Made by a program: the position numbers and the translations under genes
Origin: Limimaricola sp.
GTDB lineage: Bacteria; Pseudomonadota; Alphaproteobacteria; Rhodobacterales; Rhodobacteraceae
DNA: 45,603 nucleotides
Assembly: GCA_041580155.1 (NCBI GenBank)
Contig: JBFGEI010000001.1
Location: 1 to 45,603 of the forward strand
Reading direction: 5' to 3'
Shown: positions 8,546 to 18,438 of the stretch, one piece after another
Layout: every line of letters begins with the position of its first letter
Position numbering within the stretch: position 1 is the first letter of the stretch
Notes under the pieces: model-generated
What the model saw: only the letters and a program-made list of their open reading frames with translations
Databases searched by the model: none
Told to the model about the DNA's origin: nothing

Positions 8546-9679
8546 ATGGGTATTCTCGACTTCCTTTCCGGACAGTTCATCGACGTCATCCACTGGACCG
8601 ACGACACCAGCGACACCATGGTCTGGCGCTTCGAGCGCTACGGCCACGAGATCAAGTACGGCGCCAAGCTGACGGTGCGCGAGGGCCAGGCAGCGGTGTT
8701 CGTCCACGAGGGCCAGCTGGCCGACGTGTTCACCCCGGGTCTCTACATGCTCGAGACCAACAACATGCCGGTGATGACCTCGCTGCAGCATTGGGATCAC
8801 GGCTTCCGGTCGCCGTTCAAATCCGAGGTCTACTTCGTCAACACCACCCGCTTCACCGACCAGAAATGGGGCACCAAGAACCCGATCATCTGCCGCGATC
8901 CGGAGTTCGGCCCGGTCAGGCTGCGCGCCTTCGGCAGCTACGCGATGCGGGTGTCGGACCCGGGGCTGTTCCTGCGCGAGATCGTCGGGACCGACGGCGA
9001 ATTCACCACCGACGAGGTCAGCTTCCAGATCCGCAACATCGTGGTGCAGGAGGTCAGCCGGGTGCTGGCCGGCTCCGGGATACCGGTGCTCGACATGGCG
9101 GCGAACACCGCCGACCTGGGCAAGCTGGTGACCACCGCCATCGCCCCGGTGATCGGCCAGTACGGGCTGTCGATCCCCGAGTTCTACGTCGAGAACATCT
9201 CGCTGCCCGAGGCGGTCGAAGCGGCGCTCGACAAGCGCAGCTCGATGGGCATCGTCGGCGATCTGAACCGGTTCGCGCAGTATTCCGCCGCCGAGGCGAT
9301 GACCACCGCCGCGGCCAACCCGTCGGGCACGATGGGCGCCGGCATGGGGCTGGGCATGGGGATGATCGCCGGGCAAGGCCCCTGGGGCCCGCGCCCCGAG
9401 CCGCAGCCCGCGCCACAGCAGCCGGCGGCGCAGGGCTACGCGCCGCCGCCACCGCCGCCGCCACCGCCGTCCGAGCATGTCTGGCACCTGGCGATCAACG
9501 GCGTGACCTCGGGGCCGTTCTCGAAGGCTAGGCTGGGCCGGATGGTCACCGAGGGCGGCTTTGCCCGCGACACGCATGTCTGGACCGCCGGCCAGGACGG
9601 CTGGAAGCGCGCCGAGGACGTGGCCGAGCTGGCGCAGCTGTTCACCGTGATGCCGCCACCGCCGCCGCCTGGCGTCTGA
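8546..9679 (+). CDS. SPFH (band-7, YdjI-like) protein with C-terminal GYF_2/DUF4339 domain
   Basis: SD AAGGAG. IDVIHW, LTVREGQAAVFV, KWGTKNP, VRLRAFGSY, GMGLGMG, poly-Pro linker, WH...GPFS...VWTAGQDGWKRA (GYF_2). Confidence 0.88.
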   Translation: MGILDFLSGQFIDVIHWTDDTSDTMVWRFERYGHEIKYGAKLTVREGQAAVFVHEGQLADVFTPGLYMLETNNMPVMTSLQHWDHGFRSPFKSEVYFVNTTRFTDQKWGTKNPIICRDPEFGPVRLRAFGSYAMRVSDPGLFLREIVGTDGEFTTDEVSFQIRNIVVQEVSRVLAGSGIPVLDMAANTADLGKLVTTAIAPVIGQYGLSIPEFYVENISLPEAVEAALDKRSSMGIVGDLNRFAQYSAAEAMTTAAANPSGTMGAGMGLGMGMIAGQGPWGPRPEPQPAPQQPAAQGYAPPPPPPPPPSEHVWHLAINGVTSGPFSKARLGRMVTEGGFARDTHVWTAGQDGWKRAEDVAELAQLFTVMPPPPPPGV

Positions 9680-9686
9680 CCCGGCG

Positions 9687-10811
9687 ATGAGCGGCATCCC
9701 AGACGTGACCCGGCCCGGCGCCGCCGAGGTGGTGGAGGAACACCGCTTCCCCTGCCCGGTCTGCGGCAGCAACATGGGCTATGCGCCGGGCAGCCACGAG
9801 CTGGCCTGCCCGCAATGCGGCCACCGCGCGGCGATCGACCGGCGCCCCGACCCCGAGGCCACCCGCGAGCTCGACTTCGAACGGGCGCGGCGCGGCGACG
9901 TGCCGGTGGCGCAGATCGAGCAGACCCGGGTCACCGGCTGCCCGAACTGCGGCGCTCAGGTCGAATTCGGCAGCGACCGCCACGCCACCCGCTGCCCCTA
10001 TTGCGACACCCCGGTGGTCGCCGACACCGGGCTGCACCGGCACATCAAGCCGCGGGCGCTGCTGCCGTTCGAGGTCGACGAGGACCGGGCCCGGGCGGCG
10101 ATGGCCGACTGGCTCGGCAGCCTGTGGTTCGCGCCGAACGGGCTGCGCGACTACGCCCGCAAGGGCCGCCGGATGAACGGCATCTACGTGCCGTTCTGGA
10201 CCTTCGACGCCGATACAGACAGCGACTACACCGGACAGCGCGGCACCACCTACTACGTGACCCGCACCGTGACCCGGGACGGCAAGCGCGAGCAGGTGCG
10301 CGAGGCCAAGATCCGCTGGAGCAACGTGCGCGGCCATGTCGCGCGGTTCTTCGACGACGTGCTGGTGCTGGGGTCCCGGTCGCTGCCCAAGACCCATACC
10401 GACGGGCTCGAGCCCTGGGACCTGCCGGCGCTGGTGCCATACCGGCCGGAATACCTCGCAGGCTTCATGGCCGAGGGCTACCAAGTCGAGCTTGACGACG
10501 CCTTCGCCGAGGCCCGCGCGGTGATGGACCGGGTGATCCAGACCGACGTGCGGCGCGACATCGGCGGCGATCACCAGCGGGTCGGCAGCGTGTCGACCCG
10601 GGTGCGCGACGTGACCTTCAAGCACATTCTGCTGCCGGTCTGGACCGCCGCCTATCGCTACGACGGCAAGAGCTACAGCTTCGTGGTCAACGCCCGCTCC
10701 GGCAAGGTGCAGGGCGAACGACCATATTCGAAGTGGAAGATCGCGCTGGCGGTGCTGCTGGGGCTGATCGTGGCCGCCGTCGCCGGCTATTTCGGCTATC
10801 TTCAGCAATGA
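9687..10811 (+). CDS. Multi zinc-ribbon protein with C-terminal membrane anchor (YdjG-like)
   Basis: Four CxxC pairs (CPVC, CPQC, CPNC, CPYC), [17 protein letters not shown]....Y...[14 protein letters not shown]-terminal TM helix. Confidence 0.82.
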   Translation: MSGIPDVTRPGAAEVVEEHRFPCPVCGSNMGYAPGSHELACPQCGHRAAIDRRPDPEATRELDFERARRGDVPVAQIEQTRVTGCPNCGAQVEFGSDRHATRCPYCDTPVVADTGLHRHIKPRALLPFEVDEDRARAAMADWLGSLWFAPNGLRDYARKGRRMNGIYVPFWTFDADTDSDYTGQRGTTYYVTRTVTRDGKREQVREAKIRWSNVRGHVARFFDDVLVLGSRSLPKTHTDGLEPWDLPALVPYRPEYLAGFMAEGYQVELDDAFAEARAVMDRVIQTDVRRDIGGDHQRVGSVSTRVRDVTFKHILLPVWTAAYRYDGKSYSFVVNARSGKVQGERPYSKWKIALAVLLGLIVAAVAGYFGYLQQ

Positions 10812-10890
10812 TCGGCGCTTGCGCGATTGCCCTAGCGTCGCCATTGTCCCCGCCACTCCGATTGCCATCGACCCCGGAAGGACCCACACG

Positions 10891-11805
10891 ATGATCCTCG
10901 CTTGCGGCGAAGCCCTGATCGACATGCTGCCCCGCCAATCGGCGGCGGGCGAACCCGCCTTCGCGCCCTACGCCGGCGGCGCCGTGTTCAACACCGCGAT
11001 CGCGCTGGGCCGCCTGGGCACGCCGACCGGGTTCTTTTCCGGGCTGAGCAAAGACCTGTTCGGCGACATCCTGCGCGACACGCTGCAGGCCTCGCGGGTC
11101 GACAGCAGCCCGGCGCATGTCAGCGACCGGCCGACCACGCTGGCCTTCGTCAAGCTCAGCAACGGCCACGCGACCTACAGCTTCTACGACGAGAACACCG
11201 CCGGCCGGCTGCTGAGCGTCGACGACCTGCCCGACACCGATGCCGAGGCGCTGTTCTTCGGCGGGATCTCCTTGATGGTCGACCCCTGCGCCACCGCCTA
11301 CGAGGCGCTGCAGGCGCGCGAATCCGGGGCACGGGTCACCATGCTCGACCCCAATATCCGGCCCAGCTTCATCCGCGACGAAGCCGGCTACCGCGCCCGG
11401 ATCGAACGGATGATCGCGCGGGCCGACATCGTGAAGGTCTCGGACGAGGATCTGCACTGGCTCGAGGGCGCCGGCGACACCGCGGATCTGGCGCGGGCGA
11501 TGCTGGCCAAGGGGCCGAAGCTGGTCTGCATCACCGAGGGGGCCAAGGGCGCCACCGGCTACACCGCCGAACACACCGTCAGCGCGGCGGCGCCGAAGGT
11601 CACCGTCGCCGATACCGTCGGCGCCGGCGATACCTTCAACGCCGGGGTGCTCGCCAGCCTGCATGGGGCCGGGCTGCTGACCAAATCGGCCGTCGCGGCG
11701 CTGAGCTTCGACCAGATCCACGCCGCGCTCGACCTCGGGGCAAGGGCCGCCGCGGTCACGGTCAGCCGCGCCGGCGCCAACCCGCCCTGGGACCACGAGC
11801 TTTGA
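10891..11805 (+). CDS. PfkB-family carbohydrate kinase (fructokinase-like)
   Basis: [43 protein letters not shown]. Confidence 0.92.
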   Translation: MILACGEALIDMLPRQSAAGEPAFAPYAGGAVFNTAIALGRLGTPTGFFSGLSKDLFGDILRDTLQASRVDSSPAHVSDRPTTLAFVKLSNGHATYSFYDENTAGRLLSVDDLPDTDAEALFFGGISLMVDPCATAYEALQARESGARVTMLDPNIRPSFIRDEAGYRARIERMIARADIVKVSDEDLHWLEGAGDTADLARAMLAKGPKLVCITEGAKGATGYTAEHTVSAAAPKVTVADTVGAGDTFNAGVLASLHGAGLLTKSAVAALSFDQIHAALDLGARAAAVTVSRAGANPPWDHEL

Positions 11806-12245
11806 GGGCTCTGGTCCAACGGGTTTCGGAAGCTTCGGTCAGCGTCGACGGCGCCGAGATCGGCCGCTGCGGGCCGGGGCTGCTGGTGCTGGCCTGCGCG
11901 ATGCAGGGCGACACCGACGCGCTGCCCGCGAAGATGGCGGCGAAGATCGCCAAACTGCGGGTGTTTCGCGACGATGACGGCCGGATGAACCGGTCGCTGC
12001 TGGATAACGGCGGCGGCGCGCTGGTGGTCAGCCAGTTCACCCTCGCCGCCGATACCCGCACCGGCAACCGGCCCGGGTTTTCGACCGCTGCCGATCCCGA
12101 GACCGGGCGGCGGCTCTACGAGGCGCTGGCGCGCGAGCTGGCGGCGCTCGGCGTGGCGGTCGGCACCGGGTCGTTCGGTGCCGACATGAAGGTGGCGCTG
12201 GTCAACGACGGGCCGGTGACGATCCCGCTCGAGATCCTGCCCTAG
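11802..12245 (+). CDS. dtd: D-aminoacyl-tRNA deacylase
   Basis: TTG start overlapping the pfkB stop. [29 protein letters not shown]. Confidence 0.95.
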   Translation: MRALVQRVSEASVSVDGAEIGRCGPGLLVLACAMQGDTDALPAKMAAKIAKLRVFRDDDGRMNRSLLDNGGGALVVSQFTLAADTRTGNRPGFSTAADPETGRRLYEALARELAALGVAVGTGSFGADMKVALVNDGPVTIPLEILP

Positions 12246-12763
12246 CAGGGCTGCGCCATCACCAGCACCCAGACCGGGCCCGAGGCGCCCTGCGCCATGC
12301 CGACGCCGAATTCGCCGGCCCGGTCGAGCATCATCACCTTGTGGTGGCCCGGCGACCCCTGCCAGCCGCCGACGATCTGCCCGGCGGTGGGATAGCCCCA
12401 GGCCAGATTCTCGCCGCTGACGCCGGCGCAGTAGCCGGTGCGCTCGACCCGGGTCCGGTGGTTCGAACCGTCGCTGCCGGAATGGGCGAAGCGGCCGGTC
12501 GCGGCGATGTCGCAGGCCTGGGTCTGCGCCGCGACCGACAGGTCGCGATCCGGGCGCACCGCGCGCAACCCGCCGGAGGCGCGGAGCGCATTCAGCCGGG
12601 CGCCAAGCTCGGTCGCCTTGGCGGTGGCGTCGGCGGGCAGCTGGCAGCTTTGCGGGCTGGCGGCCGCGGCGGGACCGGCGATGAACGGGGGGATCAGCGC
12701 CGCCATCGGCGCGACAAGGATGGGGGCCGCGGCAAGCACCGCGGCCAGGATCTTGTGTTTCAT
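12242..12763 (-). CDS. Secreted CAP/SCP-domain protein
   Basis: Signal peptide, [26 protein letters not shown]. Confidence 0.88.
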   Translation of the reverse strand: MKHKILAAVLAAAPILVAPMAALIPPFIAGPAAAASPQSCQLPADATAKATELGARLNALRASGGLRAVRPDRDLSVAAQTQACDIAATGRFAHSGSDGSNHRTRVERTGYCAGVSGENLAWGYPTAGQIVGGWQGSPGHHKVMMLDRAGEFGVGMAQGASGPVWVLVMAQPC

Positions 12764-12850
12764 CTGCTCTCCTCACGAAAGTGCCGCTAGATCGCAGGTT
12801 CAATGAGGCAAGAGCAAGGCGATGAAATTTCTAACGATCGACCTGAGCGA

Positions 12851-13648
12851 TTAACCGCGCCCCTGCGCCAGCGCCCTCAGCGGCAGGCTGCCGGCGAACA
12901 GCGTTACCGCGACACAGACGATCGACGGTCCGACCGGGGTGTCGAGCCACAGCGCAAGTTGCAGCCCGCCCAGCGCCGCCAGCGCCGCGGCGCCGACCGA
13001 AAGCGCCGCCATCGCTTCGGGGGTGCGCGCGAGACTGCGCGCCGCCGCCGCCGGGATGATCAGCAGCGCGGTAATCAGCAGCGCGCCGACCACCTTGATC
13101 GCCACCGCCACCACCGCCGCCAGCAGCAGCGTCAGTACCAGGGATTCGCGGCGCGGGTCGATGCCGGAGGCATGCGCCAGATCCGGGTTCAGCGTCGCGG
13201 TCAGCAGCGCCTGCCAGCGCCACCACAGCACCAGCCCCACCAGCGTCGCCCCGGACCAGATCCAGGCCAGGTCGGCACGGCCGACGGTCAGAACGTCGCC
13301 GAACAGGTAAAGGTCCAGGTCGACCCGAACCCCGCCGGTCAGCGCCACCGCGACCAGACCCAGAGCCAGCGCGCCATGCGACAACACCCCCAGCAGCGTG
13401 TCATGCGCCAGGCCGCGGCCCGACAGCGCGTGCACCGCCAGCGCCATCGCCAGCGCCACGCCGAGCACGCCGGGAAACACCGCCATGCCCTGGCCCAGCG
13501 CCAGCGCCACGCCGAGGATCGCGGCATGCGCCGTGGCGTCGCCGAAATACGCCATCCGGCGCCAGACCACGAAGCAGCCCAGCCCGCCGGCGGCCAGCGC
13601 GGTGCCAAGCGCCGCAAGCCCGGCGCGGATCAGGAAATCATCGAGCAT
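12851..13648 (-). CDS. znuB: Zinc ABC transporter permease
   Basis: GCFVVWRRMAYFGDATAH, LFGDVL, KVVGALLITALLIIPAAAA. Confidence 0.93.
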   Translation of the reverse strand: MLDDFLIRAGLAALGTALAAGGLGCFVVWRRMAYFGDATAHAAILGVALALGQGMAVFPGVLGVALAMALAVHALSGRGLAHDTLLGVLSHGALALGLVAVALTGGVRVDLDLYLFGDVLTVGRADLAWIWSGATLVGLVLWWRWQALLTATLNPDLAHASGIDPRRESLVLTLLLAAVVAVAIKVVGALLITALLIIPAAAARSLARTPEAMAALSVGAAALAALGGLQLALWLDTPVGPSIVCVAVTLFAGSLPLRALAQGRG

Positions 13649-13649
13649 G

Positions 13650-14417
13650 TCAGCGGTGTCCGGCGTGGCTGTGTGAAGAATGGTCGTGACCCGAATGATC
13701 GTGGTCGTGCTCGTGCCGGTACAGCGCCAGCGCGCCGCCGGTGCCGGTGCCGAACAGCTCGCGGTAGGCCGGCGCCGCCGAGACCACCTCGGGCGTGCCC
13801 TCGCAGCAGATATGGCCGTTGAGACAGATCACCCGGTCGCTGGCGCTCATCACCACGTGCAATTCGTGGCTGACCATCAGTACGGCGCAGCCGAGATCGC
13901 GGCGCAGCTCGTCGATCCGCCGGTAGAACGCCGCCGAGCCGGGCTGATCGAGCCCCTGCGTCGGTTCGTCCAGAATCAGCAGATCCGGGGTGCAGAGCAC
14001 CGCGCGCGCCAGCAGGACCCGCTGGAACTGGCCGCCCGACAGCCCGACCATCTGCCGCTGTTCCAGCCCCGCGGCGCCCGATTGCGCCAGCGCCCGCGCC
14101 GCTTCGGCGTCGCCGACCCGGCGCGGCAGATCAAGAAACCGCCGCACCGTCAGCGGCAGCGTCGGGTCGATCGACAGGCTTTGCGGCACGTAACCGATGC
14201 GCAGCCCCGGCGCGCGGATCACCTCGCCGCGCTCGGGGCGCAGCGCGCCGATCAGCAGCCGCAGCAGCGTGCTCTTGCCGGAGCCGTTAGGACCTACCAC
14301 GGTGACGATCTCGCCGCGGGCGATCGACATGTCGACGCCGACCAGCACCGGTTCGGGGCCGCGGCGGAACTCCAGCCCCCGGCCCTCGATCAGCCGGTCC
14401 TTCACCAGCCGGCTCAC
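13650..14417 (-). CDS. znuC: Zinc ABC transporter ATP-binding protein
   Basis: GPNGSGKST, LSGGQ, DEPT, HICCEG, His-rich tail. GTG start overlaps the zur stop. Confidence 0.92.
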   Translation of the reverse strand: MSRLVKDRLIEGRGLEFRRGPEPVLVGVDMSIARGEIVTVVGPNGSGKSTLLRLLIGALRPERGEVIRAPGLRIGYVPQSLSIDPTLPLTVRRFLDLPRRVGDAEAARALAQSGAAGLEQRQMVGLSGGQFQRVLLARAVLCTPDLLILDEPTQGLDQPGSAAFYRRIDELRRDLGCAVLMVSHELHVVMSASDRVICLNGHICCEGTPEVVSAAPAYRELFGTGTGGALALYRHEHDHDHSGHDHSSHSHAGHR

Positions 14418-14899
14418 GAGGCGCGGCCCTGCTGGCAGGCGGGGCACAGCCCCTCGGCCTCGAGCACGGTCTGCTCGATCATGAAACCGGCGGCGGCGGC
14501 GGGGCGCGACAAAGCGGTGCCGGAGGTGGTCTCGGCGACCGCACCGCAGGCGCGGCAGATCAGGAACGCCGGGTCATGCGCGGCACCGGGCCGGGCGCAG
14601 GCGACATAGGCGTTGAGCCGCTCTATCCGATGCGCCAGCCCGTGATCGACCAGGAAGCCCAGCGCCCGGTAGGCCACGGGCGGCTTCGAGCCCAAGCCCT
14701 CGGCATCGAGCCGAGCCAGCACGTCGTAGGCGCCCATCGAGGCGTGGCTCTCGAGCAGGATCTCCAGCACCCGCCGGCGCAGCGCGGTCAGCCGCACGCC
14801 GCGCGCCTCGCAGCGCGCCTCGGCGACGCCGATGGCGGTGCGGATGCAGGCGGCGTGGTCGCCGCAGGCGAAACCGCCGGATCGAATGCTGGCCTGCAC
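14414..14899 (-). CDS. zur: Zinc uptake regulator (Fur family)
   Basis: RLTALRRRVLEIL, GAYDVL, PPVAYRALGFL, HRIERLNAYVAC, two CxxC motifs. SD GGGAGG precedes the GTG start. Confidence 0.92.
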   Translation of the reverse strand: MQASIRSGGFACGDHAACIRTAIGVAEARCEARGVRLTALRRRVLEILLESHASMGAYDVLARLDAEGLGSKPPVAYRALGFLVDHGLAHRIERLNAYVACARPGAAHDPAFLICRACGAVAETTSGTALSRPAAAAGFMIEQTVLEAEGLCPACQQGRAS

Positions 14900-14947
14900 G
14901 GGTATGCCCTCCCTTGCCGCGGCGCCGCAGCAGCGGCTTGACCGGGT

Positions 14948-14965
14948 GTTACGTTATAACATAGT
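14948..14965. promoter_or_regulatory. Zur box overlapping the znuA promoter
   Basis: TACGTTATAACATA (core palindrome GTTATAAC) between divergent zur and znuA. It lies between TTGACC (14938) and CATAGT (14960). Confidence 0.85.
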
Positions 14966-15005
14966 CCACCTAGACTCAGTTGTTCCGATGCTCAAGAGGT
15001 CCCAG

Positions 15006-15938
15006 ATGCGCGCCAAGCCAATACTGCCGATGCTGCTCGCCGCCCTGCCCGCCCTGCCGGCGCTGGCAGCGCCGCCGTCGGTGGTGGTGGACACCGCGCC
15101 GCTGCACAGCCTGGTGGCGCGGGTGATGGGCAATGTCGCCAGCCCCGATCTGCTGCTGCCGCCGGGGGCGTCGCCGCACGACATGGCGCTGCGGCCGTCG
15201 GATGCGGCCAGGCTCGACGCGGCCGGCATGGTGATCTGGGTGGGTCCCGAGCTGACGCCCTGGCTCGAGGCGCCGCTGGAACGGCTGGCGCCCGAGGCTG
15301 TGCGGCTCGAGATGCTGCGCAGCCCTGGCTGGACGGCGCTGCCGCGGCGCGAGACCGCCGGCTTCGAAACCGAGGTCGCGCACGACGAGCACGATGACCA
15401 CGATGACCACGATCACGACCACGGCGACGGCATCGATCCGCATGCCTGGCTCGACCCCGATGTCGCGGCAGCCTGGATGGGCAACGTCGCCGAAGCGCTG
15501 GCCGAGGCAGACCCCGACAACGCCGAGACCTACCGGGGCAACGCCGCCGCCGCCGCCGAGGATGCGGCACAGGCAGAGGCGATCGCCGCCCGGCTGGCGC
15601 CGCTGCAAGGGCACGGCTACCTGGTGCCGCACGACGCCTACCAGTATTTCGAGCGCCGCTTCGCGCTGCCGGCGCGCGGCGCGGTGGCGCTGTCGGACGC
15701 CGCGGCCCCCGGGCCTGCGCGCATCGCCGAGCTGCGCGCGATGCTCGAGGACCAGCGGATCGACTGCGTGCTGACCGACCCGCAGACCAGCGCCGAGTGG
15801 AGCGATCTGCTGCGCGAGGGCAACGCGGCGCGCAGCGCCATGGCCGATCCGGACGGCACCATGCTGACCCCCGGACCGGGGCTTTATCCGGAGCTGATCG
15901 ACGGGCTGGCGGCGGCGCTGCAGGACTGCCTGGGCTAG
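15006..15938 (+). CDS. znuA: Zinc ABC transporter substrate-binding protein
   Basis: Signal peptide, GASPH, His/Asp loop HDEHDDHDDHDHDHGDG, DPHAWLDP, HDAYQYFE. Confidence 0.93.
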   Translation: MRAKPILPMLLAALPALPALAAPPSVVVDTAPLHSLVARVMGNVASPDLLLPPGASPHDMALRPSDAARLDAAGMVIWVGPELTPWLEAPLERLAPEAVRLEMLRSPGWTALPRRETAGFETEVAHDEHDDHDDHDHDHGDGIDPHAWLDPDVAAAWMGNVAEALAEADPDNAETYRGNAAAAAEDAAQAEAIAARLAPLQGHGYLVPHDAYQYFERRFALPARGAVALSDAAAPGPARIAELRAMLEDQRIDCVLTDPQTSAEWSDLLREGNAARSAMADPDGTMLTPGPGLYPELIDGLAAALQDCLG

Positions 15939-15941
15939 GTG

Positions 15942-17336
15942 TCAGGCGGCGGTCTGGCAGACCGCCACCTGATTCCGACCGCCCGCCTTGGCGCCGTATA
16001 GCGCGGTATCGGCGCGCTGCAGCAGGGCCTCGGCGGCGTCCTGCGGCGGCTGCGCCATCGGCCCCAGCGCCACCCCGACCGAAATCGTGACCTGGCAGGC
16101 CTCGGCAGGTGCGCCGGCACGCGGCGGCAGCTCGAACGGCCGGGTCTCGATCATCCGGCGCAGCCGCTCGGCGGCAGCGCGGGCCTGGTCGATGGTGGTG
16201 TCCGGCATCGCGACAAGGAATTCCTCGCCGCCGATCCGGGCGATCAGGTCGGCCGGCCGCAGCCCGTCGCGCAGCCGCGCCGCGACCTGCGACAGGATCC
16301 GGTCGCCCGCCGGGTGGCCGAAGCCGTCGTTGATCGTCTTGAAGTGATCGATGTCGAGCACCATAACCGCCAGCGTCCGGTGACCGCTTTGCGCCGCCTG
16401 CGCCAGCCGCGCCAGATGCGGCATCGCGTAGCGTCGGTTCCACAGCCCGGTGAGTTCGTCGGTGACCGCGGCCCGCATGCCGTTGCGCAGAGTATCGCGC
16501 AGCTGGTCGGCTTGCGCCTTGCGACGCAGCAGCCGCCGCGCCCGGTGCTGGATTTCGGCCTTGCCGGCCCGGTCCGGCACGATGTCGTCGGCCCCGAGAT
16601 CGAGCAACAGCGCCGCTTCCGGAGTCTCGTCGGGCAGCAGCACCATCTGCGCCGCCAGCCGGGTCGCCGATCGGCTGCGCAGGTCCGCGACCAGCCGGAA
16701 CAGCGCCTCGGGCGGCTGGCCCTGCCCAAGAAGCCCGGTGCCGTCGAGCACGAACAGGTCGGGGCCGGGGCCCGGGTCCGACGGCAGGTGACGCGGGCTC
16801 AGCACCGTCACCGGTCCCGGCAGGTCGCGCGCCAGGTGGTCGAGCGCGGCGCCGCGGCGCGGGCTGACCAGCGCGATCGGCTGCGCCGGCTGGAACGCCG
16901 CCGGCGCTTCGGCGAACCCCAGCGCGCGGTGCGTGTGATCGCGCATCAGGCTCTCGACCTCGGTGTCGCGGGCGCGCAGCAGGTTGCGGATCCGCGCCTG
17001 CAGCAGCGCCTCGCCGAACGGCCGTTCGATCACCTCGTCGGCGCCGGCCTGCAGCATCGCCAGCCGCGCGGCGGCGTCGGGAAACCGGCCCGGCACGATC
17101 ACCGGCAGCCCGGCGGTCGCCGGGATCTCACGCAGCGCCCGACAGAACGCTAGCACCGCCTCGGGGTGTTCGCCGAGATCGATCACCGCGAGATCGAAGC
17201 CGCCGCGTTTCAGCACCGTCAGCGCCTGGTTCAGATCGGCGCAGCCGCTGCAATCATAGCCGGCCGCGCTGAGCCCGGTCCGGCTCAGGATCCGCGCTGT
17301 TGCGATTCGCTCGACGATCAGGATACGACCCGACAT
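15942..17336 (-). CDS. PleD-like REC-REC-GGDEF diguanylate cyclase
   Basis: MSGRILIV receiver start, TDELTGLWNRRY, DIDHFK.IND.FGH, RPAD I-site, GGEEF. Confidence 0.88.
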   Translation of the reverse strand: MSGRILIVERIATARILSRTGLSAAGYDCSGCADLNQALTVLKRGGFDLAVIDLGEHPEAVLAFCRALREIPATAGLPVIVPGRFPDAAARLAMLQAGADEVIERPFGEALLQARIRNLLRARDTEVESLMRDHTHRALGFAEAPAAFQPAQPIALVSPRRGAALDHLARDLPGPVTVLSPRHLPSDPGPGPDLFVLDGTGLLGQGQPPEALFRLVADLRSRSATRLAAQMVLLPDETPEAALLLDLGADDIVPDRAGKAEIQHRARRLLRRKAQADQLRDTLRNGMRAAVTDELTGLWNRRYAMPHLARLAQAAQSGHRTLAVMVLDIDHFKTINDGFGHPAGDRILSQVAARLRDGLRPADLIARIGGEEFLVAMPDTTIDQARAAAERLRRMIETRPFELPPRAGAPAEACQVTISVGVALGPMAQPPQDAAEALLQRADTALYGAKAGGRNQVAVCQTAA

Positions 17337-17428
17337 GCTGATGTCCTTGCTCGGGCCACGGCCCACTCCCATGTCGAAGGTCGTCAACAAGGGTTAAGAA
17401 ACGGTTGCGATAGTAAGAGGGACTTTCA

Positions 17429-17707
17429 ATGAACCGTGATCAGGCCGAGACGATCGCCCTGCGGGCACTGGGCTGGCTTGCCGGCAACGACGAGCTCTGG
17501 CCGGTGTTTCTCGGCGCCTCCGGGGCCGCCGCCGAGGACATGCGCGACCGCGCCGGCGAGCCGGACTTCCAGGCCTCGGTGCTGGAGTTCCTGACGATGA
17601 ACGACGCCTGGGTGATGGAGTTCTGCGATACCGTGCCGCTGGACTACGAAGGCCCGTTCACCGCGATGCAGGTGCTGGCCGGTCCGTCGCGGATGCATTG
17701 GACATGA
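17429..17707 (+). CDS. DUF3572 family protein
   Basis: AETIALRALGWLA, FLGASG, VLEFL..DAWV..FC. Divergent from the pleD-like gene. Confidence 0.85.
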   Translation: MNRDQAETIALRALGWLAGNDELWPVFLGASGAAAEDMRDRAGEPDFQASVLEFLTMNDAWVMEFCDTVPLDYEGPFTAMQVLAGPSRMHWT

Positions 17708-18438
17708 CCCGCAGCATCGCGGCGCTGATCTTCGACAAGGACGGCACGCTGTTCGATTTCCATGCCACATGGAGCGGCTGGTCACGCGGCTTCATCGAGG
17801 CCGAGGCGGCGGGCGACCCGGTGCTGATGGCCCGGATCGCGGCGGTTCTGGGGTTCGACCTGGAAACCGGGCGTTTCGCGCGCGACAGCATCGTCATCGC
17901 CGAAACCGCGCAGCGGATCGCCGACCGGCTGCTGGACGTGCTGCCGGTCCGCGATGGGACTGGCGACCGCGAGGCGCTGGTGATCCGGATGAACGCCCGC
18001 GCCGCCAGCGCGCCGCAGGTCGAAGCGGCGCCGCTCGGGCCGCTGCTGTCGGGGCTGAAGCTGCGCGGGCTGCGGCTTGGCCTTGCCACCAACGACGCCG
18101 AGGCCCCGGCCCGGGCGCATCTCGCAGCGGCCGGTGTCGAGGCGACGTTCGACTTCATCGCCGGCGCCGATTCCGGTCACGGCGCCAAACCGGCCCCGGG
18201 GCAGCTGCTGGCCTGCGCCGCCACGCTGGGGTTGCAGCCGGCCGCCTGCGCGATGGTCGGCGACAGTCTGCACGATCTGCGCGCGGCCCGCGCCGCCGGA
18301 ATGACGGCGATCGCGGTACTGACCGGAATCGCGCGCCGCGACGACCTGTCGGAGGCGGCGGATCTGGTGCTCGGCTCGATCGCGGAACTGCCCGACTGGC
18401 TCGACGCATCCGCGGCAGTACAGATCACGACAGCGTGA
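17704..18438 (+). CDS. HAD-family hydrolase (phosphoglycolate phosphatase-like)
   Basis: FDKDGTL, ATND, KPAPG, MVGDS..DL. ATGA overlap with DUF3572. Confidence 0.88.
   Translation: MTRSIAALIFDKDGTLFDFHATWSGWSRGFIEAEAAGDPVLMARIAAVLGFDLETGRFARDSIVIAETAQRIADRLLDVLPVRDGTGDREALVIRMNARAASAPQVEAAPLGPLLSGLKLRGLRLGLATNDAEAPARAHLAAAGVEATFDFIAGADSGHGAKPAPGQLLACAATLGLQPAACAMVGDSLHDLRAARAAGMTAIAVLTGIARRDDLSEAADLVLGSIAELPDWLDASAAVQITTA

Noticed and set aside
4488-9679. Long N-terminal extensions of XpaC (610 aa), DUF2927 (457 aa) and SPFH (694 aa) in the ORF track
   Set aside because: These are R/A/P-rich off-frame translations of upstream genes. True starts are at 5424, 7536 and 8546, supported by overlaps or SD sequences.
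9687-10811. Possible 'primosomal protein N-prime/PriA helicase' label often given to this family
   Set aside because: There are no Walker A/B or helicase motifs. Only the CxxC ribbons are shared.
15380-15425. Tandem CACGAY-type repeats resembling a VNTR or array
   Set aside because: They encode the His/Asp-rich loop of ZnuA. Likewise the CCG runs at 9440-9470 encode the poly-Pro linker. There is no repeat-spacer (CRISPR) structure.
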